Below, one piece after another: positions 18,904 to 29,260 of a stretch of 64,000 bases of DNA; the first letter of the stretch is position 1; each line of letters starts with the position of its first letter. The DNA comes from Chlamydiota bacterium (GTDB lineage: Bacteria > Chlamydiota > Chlamydiia > Chlamydiales > RGXB01), in NCBI GenBank assembly GCA_947494155.1, contig CANLTW010000001.1:13524-77523 (forward strand), written 5' to 3'. The position numbers and the translations under genes are program-made. Under the pieces are notes generated by a model, which was not told the DNA's origin, ran no database searches, and worked only from the letters and a program-made list of their open reading frames with translations.

Positions 18904-20324
18904 TGCCTTTAGAAATTGCCTTTGTAGCTTTTGTCCTTATAGTTGGTTTTTACATGCTCTGGAACATCGGTGCAAACGATGTTGCAAACGCGATCGGAAC
19001 CTCTGTGGGATCGGGCTCTTTGTCTATGAAAAAAGCGATTTTTGTTGCCGCTATTTTTGAGTTTTTAGGAGCGGCTTTTTTTGGCTCTCATGTTTCAAAA
19101 ACCATCCAGGGGGGGTTAATCGACTCCACCGACTTTATTACTGACCCCAACACGATTGTTGTGGGGATGTTAAGTGCTCTGTTAGCTACTTCAATCTGTT
19201 TACAAGGGGCCAACTTAAAGGGCTGGCCTATCTCTACCACTCATGCTATTGTTGGGGCAATTGTGGGATTCGGCCTTGTAGCAGGCGGATTGGATGCGGT
19301 TAACTGGGGAATTATCGGCGCCATCGTCTCAAGTTGGATTATCTCCCCATTGATAAGCGCCATCACGGCTTTTTTCTTCTTCAAAATCGTACAAAAATAC
19401 ATCCTTTTTGCCCGACACCCGATTTTAGCAACAAAACGCCTCTTCCCATTTTTTGTTTTTATTGTGACTTTCACTTTTTTCACCACTATTCTGATGGGCC
19501 GATTTGAAGGGGACAACTCCTACCTTTATGCTTTTCTTATCTCCAGCTTTTTAGGAGTTCTATCTTTCATAGGATTGAGATTTTGGCGCCCCTCCTCTTC
19601 AGATGATTTTGAGGAGCAATCGGTGCATCAACAAAAACTCGAAAGCTTGCAAGAGGCATTAAAAAATCTCAAACTTGCACAACTCTTTGCTTCAGAATTC
19701 GAAAGCCCCGAAGTCCAGAAACTTGTGGATAAAACTAAAATGCTCACAAGGGAAGTGAGAAAAAAATCGAATATACGAAGCCCACTCACGCACGATTTCA
19801 ACGTGGTGGAAAAACTCGTGAGCTTTTTACAAATTCTTTCTGCATGCTGTGTAGCCTTTGGACATGGAGCAAATGATGTTGCGAACGCTGTGGGTCCGGT
19901 TGCCGCAATCTTTAAAATTCTCTACACCCCTGAATCCATCTCTAATCCAACACCAATCCCTTTCTGGCTTCTTGTTTTTGGCGGATTCGGTATTGTGATT
20001 GGGCTGGCTACTTTTGGCTGGCGCGTTATAGAAACCATCGGAAAAAAAATTACAGAGCTCACCCCGACAAGGGGTTTTTGTGCCGAATTCGGAGCCGCAG
20101 CCACAATTCTAGTTGCCTCAAAATTAGGGGTGCCTATCTCTACAACCCATTGCCTTGTTGGGGCTGTTTTAGGGGTCGGTTTTGCTAGAGGTCTTGCCGC
20201 TTTAAACCTCTCGATGATCAAGGATATCGGCTTTTCCTGGCTCATTACAGTACCGTCTAGCGCCTTTTTATCCATGGGGATTTTTCTTATTTTCCATCTT
20301 ATAGCACAACAGTTCGGATTATAA
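18903..20324 (+). CDS. inorganic phosphate transporter, PiT family
   Basis: Two GANDVANA signatures (N- and C-terminal halves); polytopic. Confidence 0.92.
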   Translation: MPLEIAFVAFVLIVGFYMLWNIGANDVANAIGTSVGSGSLSMKKAIFVAAIFEFLGAAFFGSHVSKTIQGGLIDSTDFITDPNTIVVGMLSALLATSICLQGANLKGWPISTTHAIVGAIVGFGLVAGGLDAVNWGIIGAIVSSWIISPLISAITAFFFFKIVQKYILFARHPILATKRLFPFFVFIVTFTFFTTILMGRFEGDNSYLYAFLISSFLGVLSFIGLRFWRPSSSDDFEEQSVHQQKLESLQEALKNLKLAQLFASEFESPEVQKLVDKTKMLTREVRKKSNIRSPLTHDFNVVEKLVSFLQILSACCVAFGHGANDVANAVGPVAAIFKILYTPESISNPTPIPFWLLVFGGFGIVIGLATFGWRVIETIGKKITELTPTRGFCAEFGAAATILVASKLGVPISTTHCLVGAVLGVGFARGLAALNLSMIKDIGFSWLITVPSSAFLSMGIFLIFHLIAQQFGL

Positions 20325-20396
20325 TTTTTTTTACACTTATAGCTTGTTTTACCAAAAGAATTGGTTAAAAATCCCCAAATCCTTTAGTAGGGAAGA

Positions 20397-22976
20397 ATGA
20401 GCCCTTCAAAAGAAACAATCGCCAGCAACGTCCAACATATACGACAGGTTGCCCTAATAGAATTTGGACAACCATTTGAGGAACTTAGTATTCGGGAAAA
20501 GGCCGAGGTGATTGCAATCGCAGCTCGGGAAGAGGTGTTAGTACGCCAAGCTGCTACCCAAAAGACATACCAAAAAGAAAAACCAAAAAAGCTGTACTAT
20601 CTATCTTTGGAATACCTCCCTGGCGTTTGGACTTTAATGAACGTAATAAATGTTCTTCAACTTGAGAATCTTAAGGAAGTGGCTAAAATCCTTAATTTTT
20701 CTATAAATGACCTCGAGGAGGCTTACATAGACCCAGCTCTAGGAAACGGTGGCCTGGGGAGACTAGCCTCCTGCTTTTTGGATTCGCTTGCCACCCTTAA
20801 TATGCCTGCTATCGGCTACGGTCTGCTTTACGAGTACGGAATTTTTAAACAAGAGATCATTTACGGTACCCAAATCGAGACAGCAGAAACTTGGCTTGAC
20901 AGACGAAACCCTTGGATTCGGTTTGATCCAAATAGTTCCGCAAAAGTCCAGTATAATGGAGATCTTCGCGAATCGAGAAACAAATCTGGAGAGGTAACGT
21001 ACTCTCTAGCGAATTACGACGAGGTCAATGCCCAGTGCTTTAGTATCCCCACAGTTGGTTACGGGGAGTATGCAGGGGTAAATCTTCTGAAGCTTTTTTC
21101 GACCAAAGCTATTTCTTCAAACTTCAAAATTATCTCTTTTTCCGCTGGTGACCTAGCCGCAGCGACCAAGTTTACCCACATCACCTCGGTTCTCTATCCG
21201 TCGGACGCTGTCGAGCTTGGGAAAGAGTACCGGCTCATGCAAGAGTACTTGCTCGTATCTGGTGCAATTCAAGATATTTTCAGAGATTTTTTTAGCAATT
21301 ATACTGATCTTTCCCTGATGAAAGATAAGGTCACTATTCAACTTAACGACACCCACCCGGCTATTGCCTGTGCAGAGCTCATAAGAGTTCTTGTTAGAGA
21401 GTATCACACAACGATTCCCTTAGCATGGGATATCGCCTCTCACTGCCTAAACTATACAAATCACACTATATTGCAAGAGGCTTTGGAAAAGTGGGACGAG
21501 CCCCTTTTTAGAAGGCTTCTACCTCGCCAGCTCAGAGCAATAGAATTAATCAATCAATTTATCTGTGACCAAGTACGCCAAAAATTCCCCTATAACGAGG
21601 ATTTGATTCGTCAAATCTCGATTATTCAGGACAATAAAATACACATGGCAAGACTTTGTTGCCATGTCTGCAATAAAATTAACGGTGTTGCAAAGCTCCA
21701 CTCCGAACTAATCAAAGAGACTATCTTTAAACCTTTTGCTAAGCTCTATCCAGCTAAATTCACCAATGTTACGAATGGGGTAACCTTCAGACGCTGGGCT
21801 TTAAAATGTAATCCAGCACTAGCCAAATTTTTTGATGATATGATCGGCCCAGGATGGGTTACAGACTACAAAAAATTTACTGAACTCAGAAAATTTGCTA
21901 ATGACCCCCAAACTAAATCCCGATTTGCCGCCATCAAGGAGGAGGCTAAAGCCAACCTGCTCCAGTATTTAGCCAAGAACCGTATGAAAAAAGAAGGGAG
22001 TGATGATGCACTATGGGCAAACGTATTTCATCAAAACAAAGTGCCCGAAAAAGGGGTCTTTTTTGACTTGCAAATCAAAAGATTACACGAGTACAAGCGG
22101 CAGATGATGAATGCCTTGCACTTGATGCTTTTGATGAAAGAGATCAAGGAAAAATCCTACATCCCCCCCGTAAAAAAATTCTCTATTTTTGCCGGCAAAT
22201 CGGCCGCCTCGTATACCTTGATGAAGGATTTGATACGTCTTATTTGTGCCATTTCCAGACATATCAATAATGACTCGGACGTGAGCGCCCATCTAAAATG
22301 TATTTTTGTTCCAAACTATAATGTTAGCCTTGCCGAAAAACTCATACCTGCTGCCGATACCTCCCAACAAATCTCGACTGCTGGATTCGAAGCCTCGGGA
22401 ACCTCTTTATTTAAGTTTTGCCTTAATGGCGGACTTCTAGTGGGAACTTTGGATGGGGCTACCATAGAGCTCAAAGAGGAGGTAGGAGAAGCCTACTTCC
22501 CATTCATTTTTGGCGCTACAAAAGATGAGATTTTTGACAAGATTGCCAACCACAGCTATCACCCCCAAACACTTGTCAATGAGAATCCCCAGATCCGCTG
22601 GTTGATCGACACCCTACGCTCCGATTTACTAGCGTCCTATCCGGAGGAACGTGAAGCATTTTCTCGAATTGCAAATTATCTGGAAAATTCGGATAGCTAC
22701 TTCACCCTTCTCGATCTCCCTCACTACCATGAGATGCAAAAAGAGTGTCTCAAAGCCTACTGCGATAAAGATAAATGGAACCATCTTGCACTTATGAATA
22801 TTGCAGGGGTAGGAAACTTCTCCTCTGATAGAAGTATTGAAGATTATGCCAAAGAAATTTGGGATATAAAAAGTGTACCGATGGATAAAAATATTCTTTC
22901 AGGGATCAGGGACATTTTTGTGTTTAACGACAAATGTTCTATCGATCTCAACATCTTTAAAGATGTCAAGGATTGA
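20397..22976 (+). CDS. glgP: glycogen/maltodextrin phosphorylase
   Basis: 859 aa with GNGGLGRLASCFLDS and the PLP-lysine region EASGTSLFKF. Confidence 0.95.
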   Translation: MSPSKETIASNVQHIRQVALIEFGQPFEELSIREKAEVIAIAAREEVLVRQAATQKTYQKEKPKKLYYLSLEYLPGVWTLMNVINVLQLENLKEVAKILNFSINDLEEAYIDPALGNGGLGRLASCFLDSLATLNMPAIGYGLLYEYGIFKQEIIYGTQIETAETWLDRRNPWIRFDPNSSAKVQYNGDLRESRNKSGEVTYSLANYDEVNAQCFSIPTVGYGEYAGVNLLKLFSTKAISSNFKIISFSAGDLAAATKFTHITSVLYPSDAVELGKEYRLMQEYLLVSGAIQDIFRDFFSNYTDLSLMKDKVTIQLNDTHPAIACAELIRVLVREYHTTIPLAWDIASHCLNYTNHTILQEALEKWDEPLFRRLLPRQLRAIELINQFICDQVRQKFPYNEDLIRQISIIQDNKIHMARLCCHVCNKINGVAKLHSELIKETIFKPFAKLYPAKFTNVTNGVTFRRWALKCNPALAKFFDDMIGPGWVTDYKKFTELRKFANDPQTKSRFAAIKEEAKANLLQYLAKNRMKKEGSDDALWANVFHQNKVPEKGVFFDLQIKRLHEYKRQMMNALHLMLLMKEIKEKSYIPPVKKFSIFAGKSAASYTLMKDLIRLICAISRHINNDSDVSAHLKCIFVPNYNVSLAEKLIPAADTSQQISTAGFEASGTSLFKFCLNGGLLVGTLDGATIELKEEVGEAYFPFIFGATKDEIFDKIANHSYHPQTLVNENPQIRWLIDTLRSDLLASYPEEREAFSRIANYLENSDSYFTLLDLPHYHEMQKECLKAYCDKDKWNHLALMNIAGVGNFSSDRSIEDYAKEIWDIKSVPMDKNILSGIRDIFVFNDKCSIDLNIFKDVKD

Positions 22977-23673
22977 TTTCCCATCTATTTTTAATCGCCT
23001 CGATCAACCCTTCCTTATTCATCCTCTCCAACTCATTAAATACTTGGGCGATCTTCTCGTTCGTATTTAATCCGATAAAGCTGAAATTGCGGTCGGTTAT
23101 CTCCTGTTTGTGAATAGTAAAATCTGTTTCAAAAAGCCTAAAGAATCCAACAGGTGCCAGCAATGCAGAGCAACTCGATTTCGAGAGTTGCAAAAAACCA
23201 TCCCTTTCATCGATGTAGAAGCCAAAATCGACCCTGGGATATCTGGCAATCAATACGGTCGCCTCTTCATTATTAAGTAAAAGAACTCGTCTCGTATCTA
23301 AATCTTTTAATCCTCTTCTATCCTCTTTATTTGTAACAAGGTAGTAGCCGTTGTATAAAAGCGGTTCCGAGAATCGGAATTGCTTTTTCATCATGATCGA
23401 CTGATGCAAATCGGAAAAAATAAGATCCACCTTTTTTTTGATCAAAAGGTCTTGCAGAGACTCTGGGAATGCAGGAACAAGCTCCACCGAAAACCCCAAT
23501 TTTTTTTCTAAGTGGAGGAGAATTTCGTCAAAAAAACCCTTCATTCGTACCGTCTGCATCGTTTGCGAAAAATATCCTGAATCAAAAGCTACCCTTATTG
23601 GAGGGGCATTTTTTGTCCCGGAACAACTATAAAAAGAAAAAAAAACAAGAGAAAACAGGATGGCTCTAAACAT
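22966..23673 (-). CDS. periplasmic solute-binding lipoprotein, family 3 (amino-acid type)
   Basis: Signal peptide with lipobox FYSCSG. SBP_bac_3-like pattern IRVAFDSGY...VDLIFSDL...FRFSEPLLYNGYYLV. Confidence 0.65.
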   Translation of the reverse strand: MFRAILFSLVFFSFYSCSGTKNAPPIRVAFDSGYFSQTMQTVRMKGFFDEILLHLEKKLGFSVELVPAFPESLQDLLIKKKVDLIFSDLHQSIMMKKQFRFSEPLLYNGYYLVTNKEDRRGLKDLDTRRVLLLNNEEATVLIARYPRVDFGFYIDERDGFLQLSKSSCSALLAPVGFFRLFETDFTIHKQEITDRNFSFIGLNTNEKIAQVFNELERMNKEGLIEAIKNRWEINP

Positions 23674-23817
23674 GTCTTAAAGTATACGACAAACCGATTT
23701 AACCTTACATGTCAATCAACTGTTGCATAATAAATCAAAACAGATCAAATGAGAAAAAATCGAGATGGTGTTAAACTATCCATCGCCATATTCGAGAAAA
23801 AGTATTTGGAGATAAGA

Positions 23818-24690
23818 ATGAAGCCACGCCTTTATAGATTTTTGCACCTCTTTCTCTTCCTTTTTCTTTTAGGTTGTGACAACAAAAACGAAATCGTTTC
23901 TAACCTTGATGAAAGAGAAGCTAATTTAATTGTAGTTTTTTTAGAGAGTAAAGGGATCTCTGCAACCAAGGAGATGATGCCCATTGCTGCTGGTGCTGAT
24001 GGGGGTGCTACAGCTAAATATAACATTGTCGCCTCTCGCGAAAAAGCAATCGAAGCGATGACATTGCTCAATCAAAATGGTTTACCAAAAAGAGTCGGTC
24101 CTAACCTTCTCGAACTGTTTGCTCCTTCCGGTTTGATGACTTCAGATAAACAAGAAACTATTCGTTATCAGGCGGGCCTTGCACAACAAATCCAAAATAC
24201 GATCATGATGATTGATGGGGTAATTGATGTTTCTGTGCAAATCTCTTTCCCCCCTGCTGAGGCCACAGAACCAACAAATCGCATTACTGCAGCCGTTTTC
24301 GTAAAACACCAAGGGATTATCGACGATCCCAACAGCCACCTCGAATCCAAAATCAAACGACTTGTTTCAGGTAGCGTGAACGGACTGGAGATCAACGATG
24401 TTACCGTAGTTTCCGATCGCTCAAGGCTAAATGATATTTCGACTGTTTCAGATCAGGGAAAGTTTGCACAAGATTTTGTCCAAGTCTGGTCAATCACCAT
24501 GACAAAAAGATCCTTGGGAGTATTCAGATTCATTTTTGGGTTTCTTCTAACTTTGTTTGTCCTCTCCTTGTCTCTTCTTGGCTGGATCCTTTACAAAGTC
24601 TATCCTCTTATTCGCGATAACGGCGGTTTTAAAGAACTTTTGATCCCCCTCCCCGTGATAAAAAAGAAAGAGGAGTCGCCCCATCAATAG
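23818..24690 (+). CDS. sctJ: type III secretion inner-membrane ring lipoprotein SctJ (CdsJ/YscJ family)
   Basis: Lipobox LLGC followed by LDEREANLIVVFLESKGISA; C-terminal TM helix. Confidence 0.88.
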   Translation: MKPRLYRFLHLFLFLFLLGCDNKNEIVSNLDEREANLIVVFLESKGISATKEMMPIAAGADGGATAKYNIVASREKAIEAMTLLNQNGLPKRVGPNLLELFAPSGLMTSDKQETIRYQAGLAQQIQNTIMMIDGVIDVSVQISFPPAEATEPTNRITAAVFVKHQGIIDDPNSHLESKIKRLVSGSVNGLEINDVTVVSDRSRLNDISTVSDQGKFAQDFVQVWSITMTKRSLGVFRFIFGFLLTLFVLSLSLLGWILYKVYPLIRDNGGFKELLIPLPVIKKKEESPHQ

Positions 24691-24775
24691 AGAACTTTTA
24701 ACCCTTAAATGGTTACTGGGGCGCGATGAGGGCCCCTTAAAGTTTTTAGACGAGTCCACAAGAAAGGAGCTTAAA

Positions 24776-25318
24776 ATGCTGCCGATTATGGAACACACCC
24801 CACCCACACCCTACGATTTGATGGATCTGGAACCTTTGCAAAAAGAATTTTTTATCAAAATGCAACCCCATCTCCCCTCACCCTACTTTCTGACCAAAGA
24901 TCCCTTAAACCGTTTAATCACCCTATCTGAAGAGCAACTACATCTCATTTGCCGCTTTTTAGGCCTTTATGATCTCTTTGACGAAATAAAACATGTCGTG
25001 CGCACCGACATCTTCCAGTCCCTCAAACAGTCTCTGTCACTCAAAGAGCTCCAATTTCTGGAGTCATGCCGCTCACAGGAAAATCCGGTACAACTCCCAA
25101 GCATGCACATCAACGCTTGGGATCTTAAAAAAGAGAGCCTAGATAGAGCCCTTTTTGACAGGGGAAAAACACGATTAAGAGGGGCGCTATCTACAGCTTA
25201 TGAGACTCTCTTTTCCTTTATCCCCGCCATCTTTATGCCTCCACAGAAGAAACCCCAAAAAGAGATAACTGACATCCTTCTCAAACAACTCGAAACCGTT
25301 CTAAATAGGGCTTTATAA
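24776..25318 (+). CDS. hypothetical protein at the SctK position of the T3SS cluster
   Basis: 180-aa ORF with SD AAAGGAG at 24763-24769, lying between sctJ and sctL. No motif recognised. Confidence 0.6.
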   Translation: MLPIMEHTPPTPYDLMDLEPLQKEFFIKMQPHLPSPYFLTKDPLNRLITLSEEQLHLICRFLGLYDLFDEIKHVVRTDIFQSLKQSLSLKELQFLESCRSQENPVQLPSMHINAWDLKKESLDRALFDRGKTRLRGALSTAYETLFSFIPAIFMPPQKKPQKEITDILLKQLETVLNRAL

Positions 25319-25319
25319 C

Positions 25320-25940
25320 ATGTTGCAAATCTCCAAACAGCGCCCATTTAAAATCCAAGAGGGGCAAAAAATTATCAGCCATAAGGAATGGCAAGAGCTT
25401 TTAACTCTCGATCGGTTAATTCTACAAGCGGAAAAAGAGCTTAAAGAGGCTCATGAACAGCTCGCTTTAGATCGTATAGAAGAGGAAAAAAAGGGGTTTT
25501 CAGAAGGGTTTGAAAAAGGGGAGCACACCTTTTTTGCCCATTTAAAACTTTTTGAAGAGAAACTCCGTGAATTGCGTTTGGAAATGCAAAGATCTGTACT
25601 CCCTTTGGTTGTTAAAACAACAAAAAAAATTGTTGCAAAAGAGCTTGAAATCGCACCCGAAACTATTGTGGATATTGTCAACGATGCCATAAAACCGGTT
25701 CTGACGTCGAAAGTAGTCCGCATTTTTGTGCGCAAAGAAGATTTTGCAATGCTCGAAAAAGAGAAGCCCCACATCAAGGCCCTTTTTGAGGCAGCCGAAT
25801 CTTTCACAATTGGCATGAAAGAGGATTTAGAACCCGGATCTTGCCTCATTGAAACCGATAAAGGGGTGATCAACTCCACCATAGATCTAAAAATTAAAGC
25901 ACTAGAATCCGCATTTGAACGATTTGGACCCCCCACATGA
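25320..25940 (+). CDS. sctL: type III secretion stator protein SctL (CdsL/YscL/FliH family)
   Basis: Coiled-coil N-half and a FliH/YscL-like C-half with EDLEPGSCLIETDKGVINSTIDLKIKAL. Confidence 0.8.
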   Translation: MLQISKQRPFKIQEGQKIISHKEWQELLTLDRLILQAEKELKEAHEQLALDRIEEEKKGFSEGFEKGEHTFFAHLKLFEEKLRELRLEMQRSVLPLVVKTTKKIVAKELEIAPETIVDIVNDAIKPVLTSKVVRIFVRKEDFAMLEKEKPHIKALFEAAESFTIGMKEDLEPGSCLIETDKGVINSTIDLKIKALESAFERFGPPT

Positions 25941-26671
25941 ATCTTCTGACCCTATTACCCTACTTACCTATGCTAGCGACCGACGCGGCTACAGAGCCTA
26001 TGACAAGCGCTACCGTTGTCACAAGAATGGTCATCATCGCAGGGCTGGCCCTTTTGCCATTCGCGGTGATGCTTCTCACTTCCTTTACCAAAATGGTGGT
26101 TGTCCTATCGCTGCTTAGGCAAGCGATAGGAGTACAACAAGCTCCCCCAAACCAGGTGATCAATGGGATGGCTATTTTAATGTCTATTTATGTGATGTTT
26201 CCCACGGGTTTACAAATGTACCAGGAATCGAGTAGCTTTATCCAAAATCAACCTAGAACCGAGCTTTTCTCGTCCGAATCGGCCCTGTTTATCGAGAAAG
26301 TCGCAAGTGTGGCTAAAGAACCCTTGCGAAAATTTTTGCAAAAAAACACGAATAAATCCCACATCACAACATTCTATAAACTCGCCCTTTCCAAATTTCC
26401 CCAAGAGTATAAAAAATCACTTGCTAATTCCGATTTTATTGTTTTGATTCCCGCCTACATTACTTCACAGCTCAAGGGTGCTTTTGAAATTGGTGTGTTG
26501 ATTTATCTCCCTTTTTTTGTGATCGATCTTGTCACCTCAAACATCCTTTTAGCGATGGGTATGATGATGCTTTCCCCATTAACGATCGCTTTACCCCTAA
26601 AGCTCCTTTTATTAGTCATGGTGGATGGCTGGACGTTGATTATCCAAGGAATCGTTCAAACCTATAAGTAA
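25937..26671 (+). CDS. sctR: type III secretion export apparatus protein SctR (FliP family)
   Basis: TSFTKMVVVLSLLRQAIGVQQAPPNQVINGMAILMSIYVMFP. Confidence 0.92.
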   Translation: MNLLTLLPYLPMLATDAATEPMTSATVVTRMVIIAGLALLPFAVMLLTSFTKMVVVLSLLRQAIGVQQAPPNQVINGMAILMSIYVMFPTGLQMYQESSSFIQNQPRTELFSSESALFIEKVASVAKEPLRKFLQKNTNKSHITTFYKLALSKFPQEYKKSLANSDFIVLIPAYITSQLKGAFEIGVLIYLPFFVIDLVTSNILLAMGMMMLSPLTIALPLKLLLLVMVDGWTLIIQGIVQTYK

Positions 26672-26686
26672 GAGATAAGAGGCTCA

Positions 26687-26956
26687 ATGTTTCAATCAGA
26701 GATCTACCAACTAAGCTATCAAGCCCTTCTATTAATCCTTATTCTCTCAGGACCCCCGATCTTTATAAGTATGATTTTAGGTCTTGTTGTTGCCATATTC
26801 CAAGCAGCCACACAAATCCAAGAACAAACCCTCTCTTTTACTGTAAAGCTTATTGCTGTGATGTTTACTCTGATGTTTATGGGGGGTATGCTTAGCTCGC
26901 AAATAACTCAGTTCACTTACACTATTTTACAAAACTTTCCCAAATGGAATGGATAG
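26687..26956 (+). CDS. sctS: type III secretion export apparatus protein SctS (FliQ family)
   Basis: 89 aa with two TM segments and IFQAATQIQEQTLSF. Confidence 0.9.
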   Translation: MFQSEIYQLSYQALLLILILSGPPIFISMILGLVVAIFQAATQIQEQTLSFTVKLIAVMFTLMFMGGMLSSQITQFTYTILQNFPKWNG

Positions 26957-27747
26957 ACCCCTACTCATGGCTGCAAATTCTGCAGATGTATCTGCTAGTT
27001 CTCTGCAGGCTTGCCCCAGTGATTGCGTTCACCCCTTTTTTAGGGGGAAAGATTGTTCCTGCGACAGCAAGGGCTGGCCTTTTAATTTTTTTAGGCATCC
27101 TTTTTTTACCCTACTCCGGATTGAATACGCCCCCTGATGAATCCGCTACATTCTTTACTGCCTTTTACGCTCTCAAAGAAATTTTCATAGGATTTGTGAT
27201 CAGCTTTTTTGCCTCAATACCCTTTTTTGTAGCCCAATCTGCAGGGATCATTATCGATTTTGCCAGAGGATCTTCACAGCTTATGGCTCAAGACCCCACC
27301 TTGCAAAACCAGGCCTCTCCCTTAGGGATCATGTTCAATTATGTACTGATTGCCCTTTTTTTCATGATCAAGGGGCCCGAACATTTTTTTGAAGCACTTG
27401 CACTCTCCTTTGAGAAATTTCCCCTTCTAGGGACCTTGGCACCAGAATTTACACAACTTAAATCTAGTCTTTGGGTAGCTATGTCCTCCATAATCCAGGT
27501 CGTATTTACCCTCTCTTTAAAACTTGCATCCCCTGCGATTATTGCTATTTTAATGGCAGAAATGTTTCTTGGAATTGCAAATAGGCTCGCCCCACAAGTA
27601 CAAATCGCTTTTTTAGGGATGCCACTAAAATCTTTCTTAGGTCTTTTACTATTGTTTGTGGGTTGGTTTGCGATTTTAGGTGATATGAAGGAGCTTTCTG
27701 AACAAATGCTTCAACAAATAGAAGCTTTTTTTGCAAAATCCTCCTAA
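26944..27747 (+). CDS. sctT: type III secretion export apparatus protein SctT (FliR family)
   Basis: 267-aa polytopic protein that overlaps sctS; position and topology match the FliR family. Confidence 0.88.
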   Translation: MEWIDPYSWLQILQMYLLVLCRLAPVIAFTPFLGGKIVPATARAGLLIFLGILFLPYSGLNTPPDESATFFTAFYALKEIFIGFVISFFASIPFFVAQSAGIIIDFARGSSQLMAQDPTLQNQASPLGIMFNYVLIALFFMIKGPEHFFEALALSFEKFPLLGTLAPEFTQLKSSLWVAMSSIIQVVFTLSLKLASPAIIAILMAEMFLGIANRLAPQVQIAFLGMPLKSFLGLLLLFVGWFAILGDMKELSEQMLQQIEAFFAKSS

Positions 27748-27907
27748 AAGAAAATCGATAAAACAATTTTTCTTTCATTGTTTCAAAAACCGTTTAAATA
27801 CTCTTAGAGGGCGAATATTTAATAAAATAACAATATTAAAAATCAACGAAAAAAATCAAAACCATTCTCTAAGTATAGTTACAAACCATTTTTTTTTGGT
27901 TATCCTG

Positions 27908-27937
27908 TTGACAGTATTTTAACAACCGTACTAAGCT
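27908..27937 (+). promoter_or_regulatory. candidate sigma-70/66-type promoter upstream of the first porin gene
   Basis: Perfect -35 TTGACA at 27908-27913. Possible -10 hexamers are TACTAA (15-nt spacer) or TAAGCT (18-nt spacer) in an AT-rich 244-nt intergenic region. The spacing is non-ideal. Confidence 0.25.
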
Positions 27938-27991
27938 ACACTTACGCATTAATATTTAAGGCTTCAAACATATTTAAAGGGAGAACTTATA

Positions 27992-29128
27992 ATGGAACTC
28001 AACTTTCGCAAGTTGTGGACTGTTCTAGGGGTTGCATGTTTAAGTGCTAACCTCGCAGCAGCGCCCGCTTCAAGCAGCGGCTCATCCTCTTCATCCACTC
28101 AGATGAGTAACACCGACCAATCAATGATGGCTTCTGGGCTAATGTACGCCGGACCTCAACTCGGTGAAGACGCAACAGGTATTTCACTTGGTGCAGATTA
28201 CATTCTTTGGCAAGTAGTCCAAGAGGGTCTAGAATTCACAGCCGGAAATGTTTACCCTACAGGAACCAATGCAGCTTTGCAAGGGGGGACTAACTTTCCT
28301 AAATTCAGACTCTTGAACGGCTTCAAAGTACACGGTCAAGTAACAATCGCAGAGTGTGATGATGTAGATCTTTTCCTCCAGTACATCTGGTTGCAAAGAT
28401 CTTCTGGAACGAACTCAGGTACAGGTGCTACAACTGTCTATCCTCTAATGATTATAGATTTTGATGATTCCATTTCATCCTCAGATAGCGTCTCCTCCTG
28501 GGCAAGCTCCTTTAAAACCTCTTACAACGTTATCGACCTAGAAATGGGCCGTCTTACTTCGATTGCTAAAGATTCATTTAGTCTTAGACCTTTCTGGGGT
28601 ATTAGAGGTGTTTGGAACAACCATACATGGGTAGCTTCTTGGGTTGGGACAGTTTCTGGAACACAAAGCATCACCTATTCACTCAACTCTTACCAAAACA
28701 CAAGTGGTGCAGGTGTAAGAGGTGGATTTGATCTTGCATGGCAATTCTTTGCTAACAGCGAATATTTCGGTGGTCTAAAAATCATCGGGATGACAGCTCT
28801 TTCAGGTGTTTATGGACGCACTTATGTGAATACATTAACAGGACAAGCTCCAACTGCTTCACAAACAAACACAGGTGGTCAAGTTTTCTACAGCAACCGC
28901 ACATCTTTAAATAGAATGGTTCCTGTTGTTGATCTATCTATCGGTCTAAGCTGGAACATGAGTTTTGGCGGTGAAAGAGATAACGACTACAATGTTGAAA
29001 TCCACGCTCTTTGGGATACACAATCCTGGATTGGGTATGGAAGACACTTTACAGCGTTTTGGGCACCACGTGGTCCACAAAACCTCACTGTACAAGGTTT
29101 CACAATTGGTGCAGAACTCGCATTCTAA
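27992..29128 (+). CDS. MOMP-like outer-membrane beta-barrel porin, paralog 1
   Basis: Signal peptide ending ANLAAAP, alternating beta-strand patterning, and terminal GAELAF with C-terminal Phe. Shares motifs with the next two ORFs. Confidence 0.75.
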   Translation: MELNFRKLWTVLGVACLSANLAAAPASSSGSSSSSTQMSNTDQSMMASGLMYAGPQLGEDATGISLGADYILWQVVQEGLEFTAGNVYPTGTNAALQGGTNFPKFRLLNGFKVHGQVTIAECDDVDLFLQYIWLQRSSGTNSGTGATTVYPLMIIDFDDSISSSDSVSSWASSFKTSYNVIDLEMGRLTSIAKDSFSLRPFWGIRGVWNNHTWVASWVGTVSGTQSITYSLNSYQNTSGAGVRGGFDLAWQFFANSEYFGGLKIIGMTALSGVYGRTYVNTLTGQAPTASQTNTGGQVFYSNRTSLNRMVPVVDLSIGLSWNMSFGGERDNDYNVEIHALWDTQSWIGYGRHFTAFWAPRGPQNLTVQGFTIGAELAF

Positions 29129-29153
29129 TTGTTGGATTGCTTCCAGAAAAAAA

Positions 29154-29183
29154 AACCGAGTCAGAAATGGCTCGGTTTTTTTC
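29154..29183 (+). terminator. rho-independent terminator after porin paralog 1
   Basis: AACCGAG-TCAGAAATGG-CTCGGTT followed by a T run. Confidence 0.75.
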
Positions 29184-29260
29184 TTTTCTAGAGTAAAAAA
29201 AATCGTTTGCATTTCTCCTCCTCTTTTTTTATACTTGTAGTCAAAATTTACATAATCTTG

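Noticed and set aside
27731-27922. 63-aa ORF in the AT-rich spacer between sctT and the first porin gene.
   Set aside because: It overlaps the sctT 3' end and the candidate promoter, has no SD and is low-complexity. It is treated as non-coding regulatory DNA.
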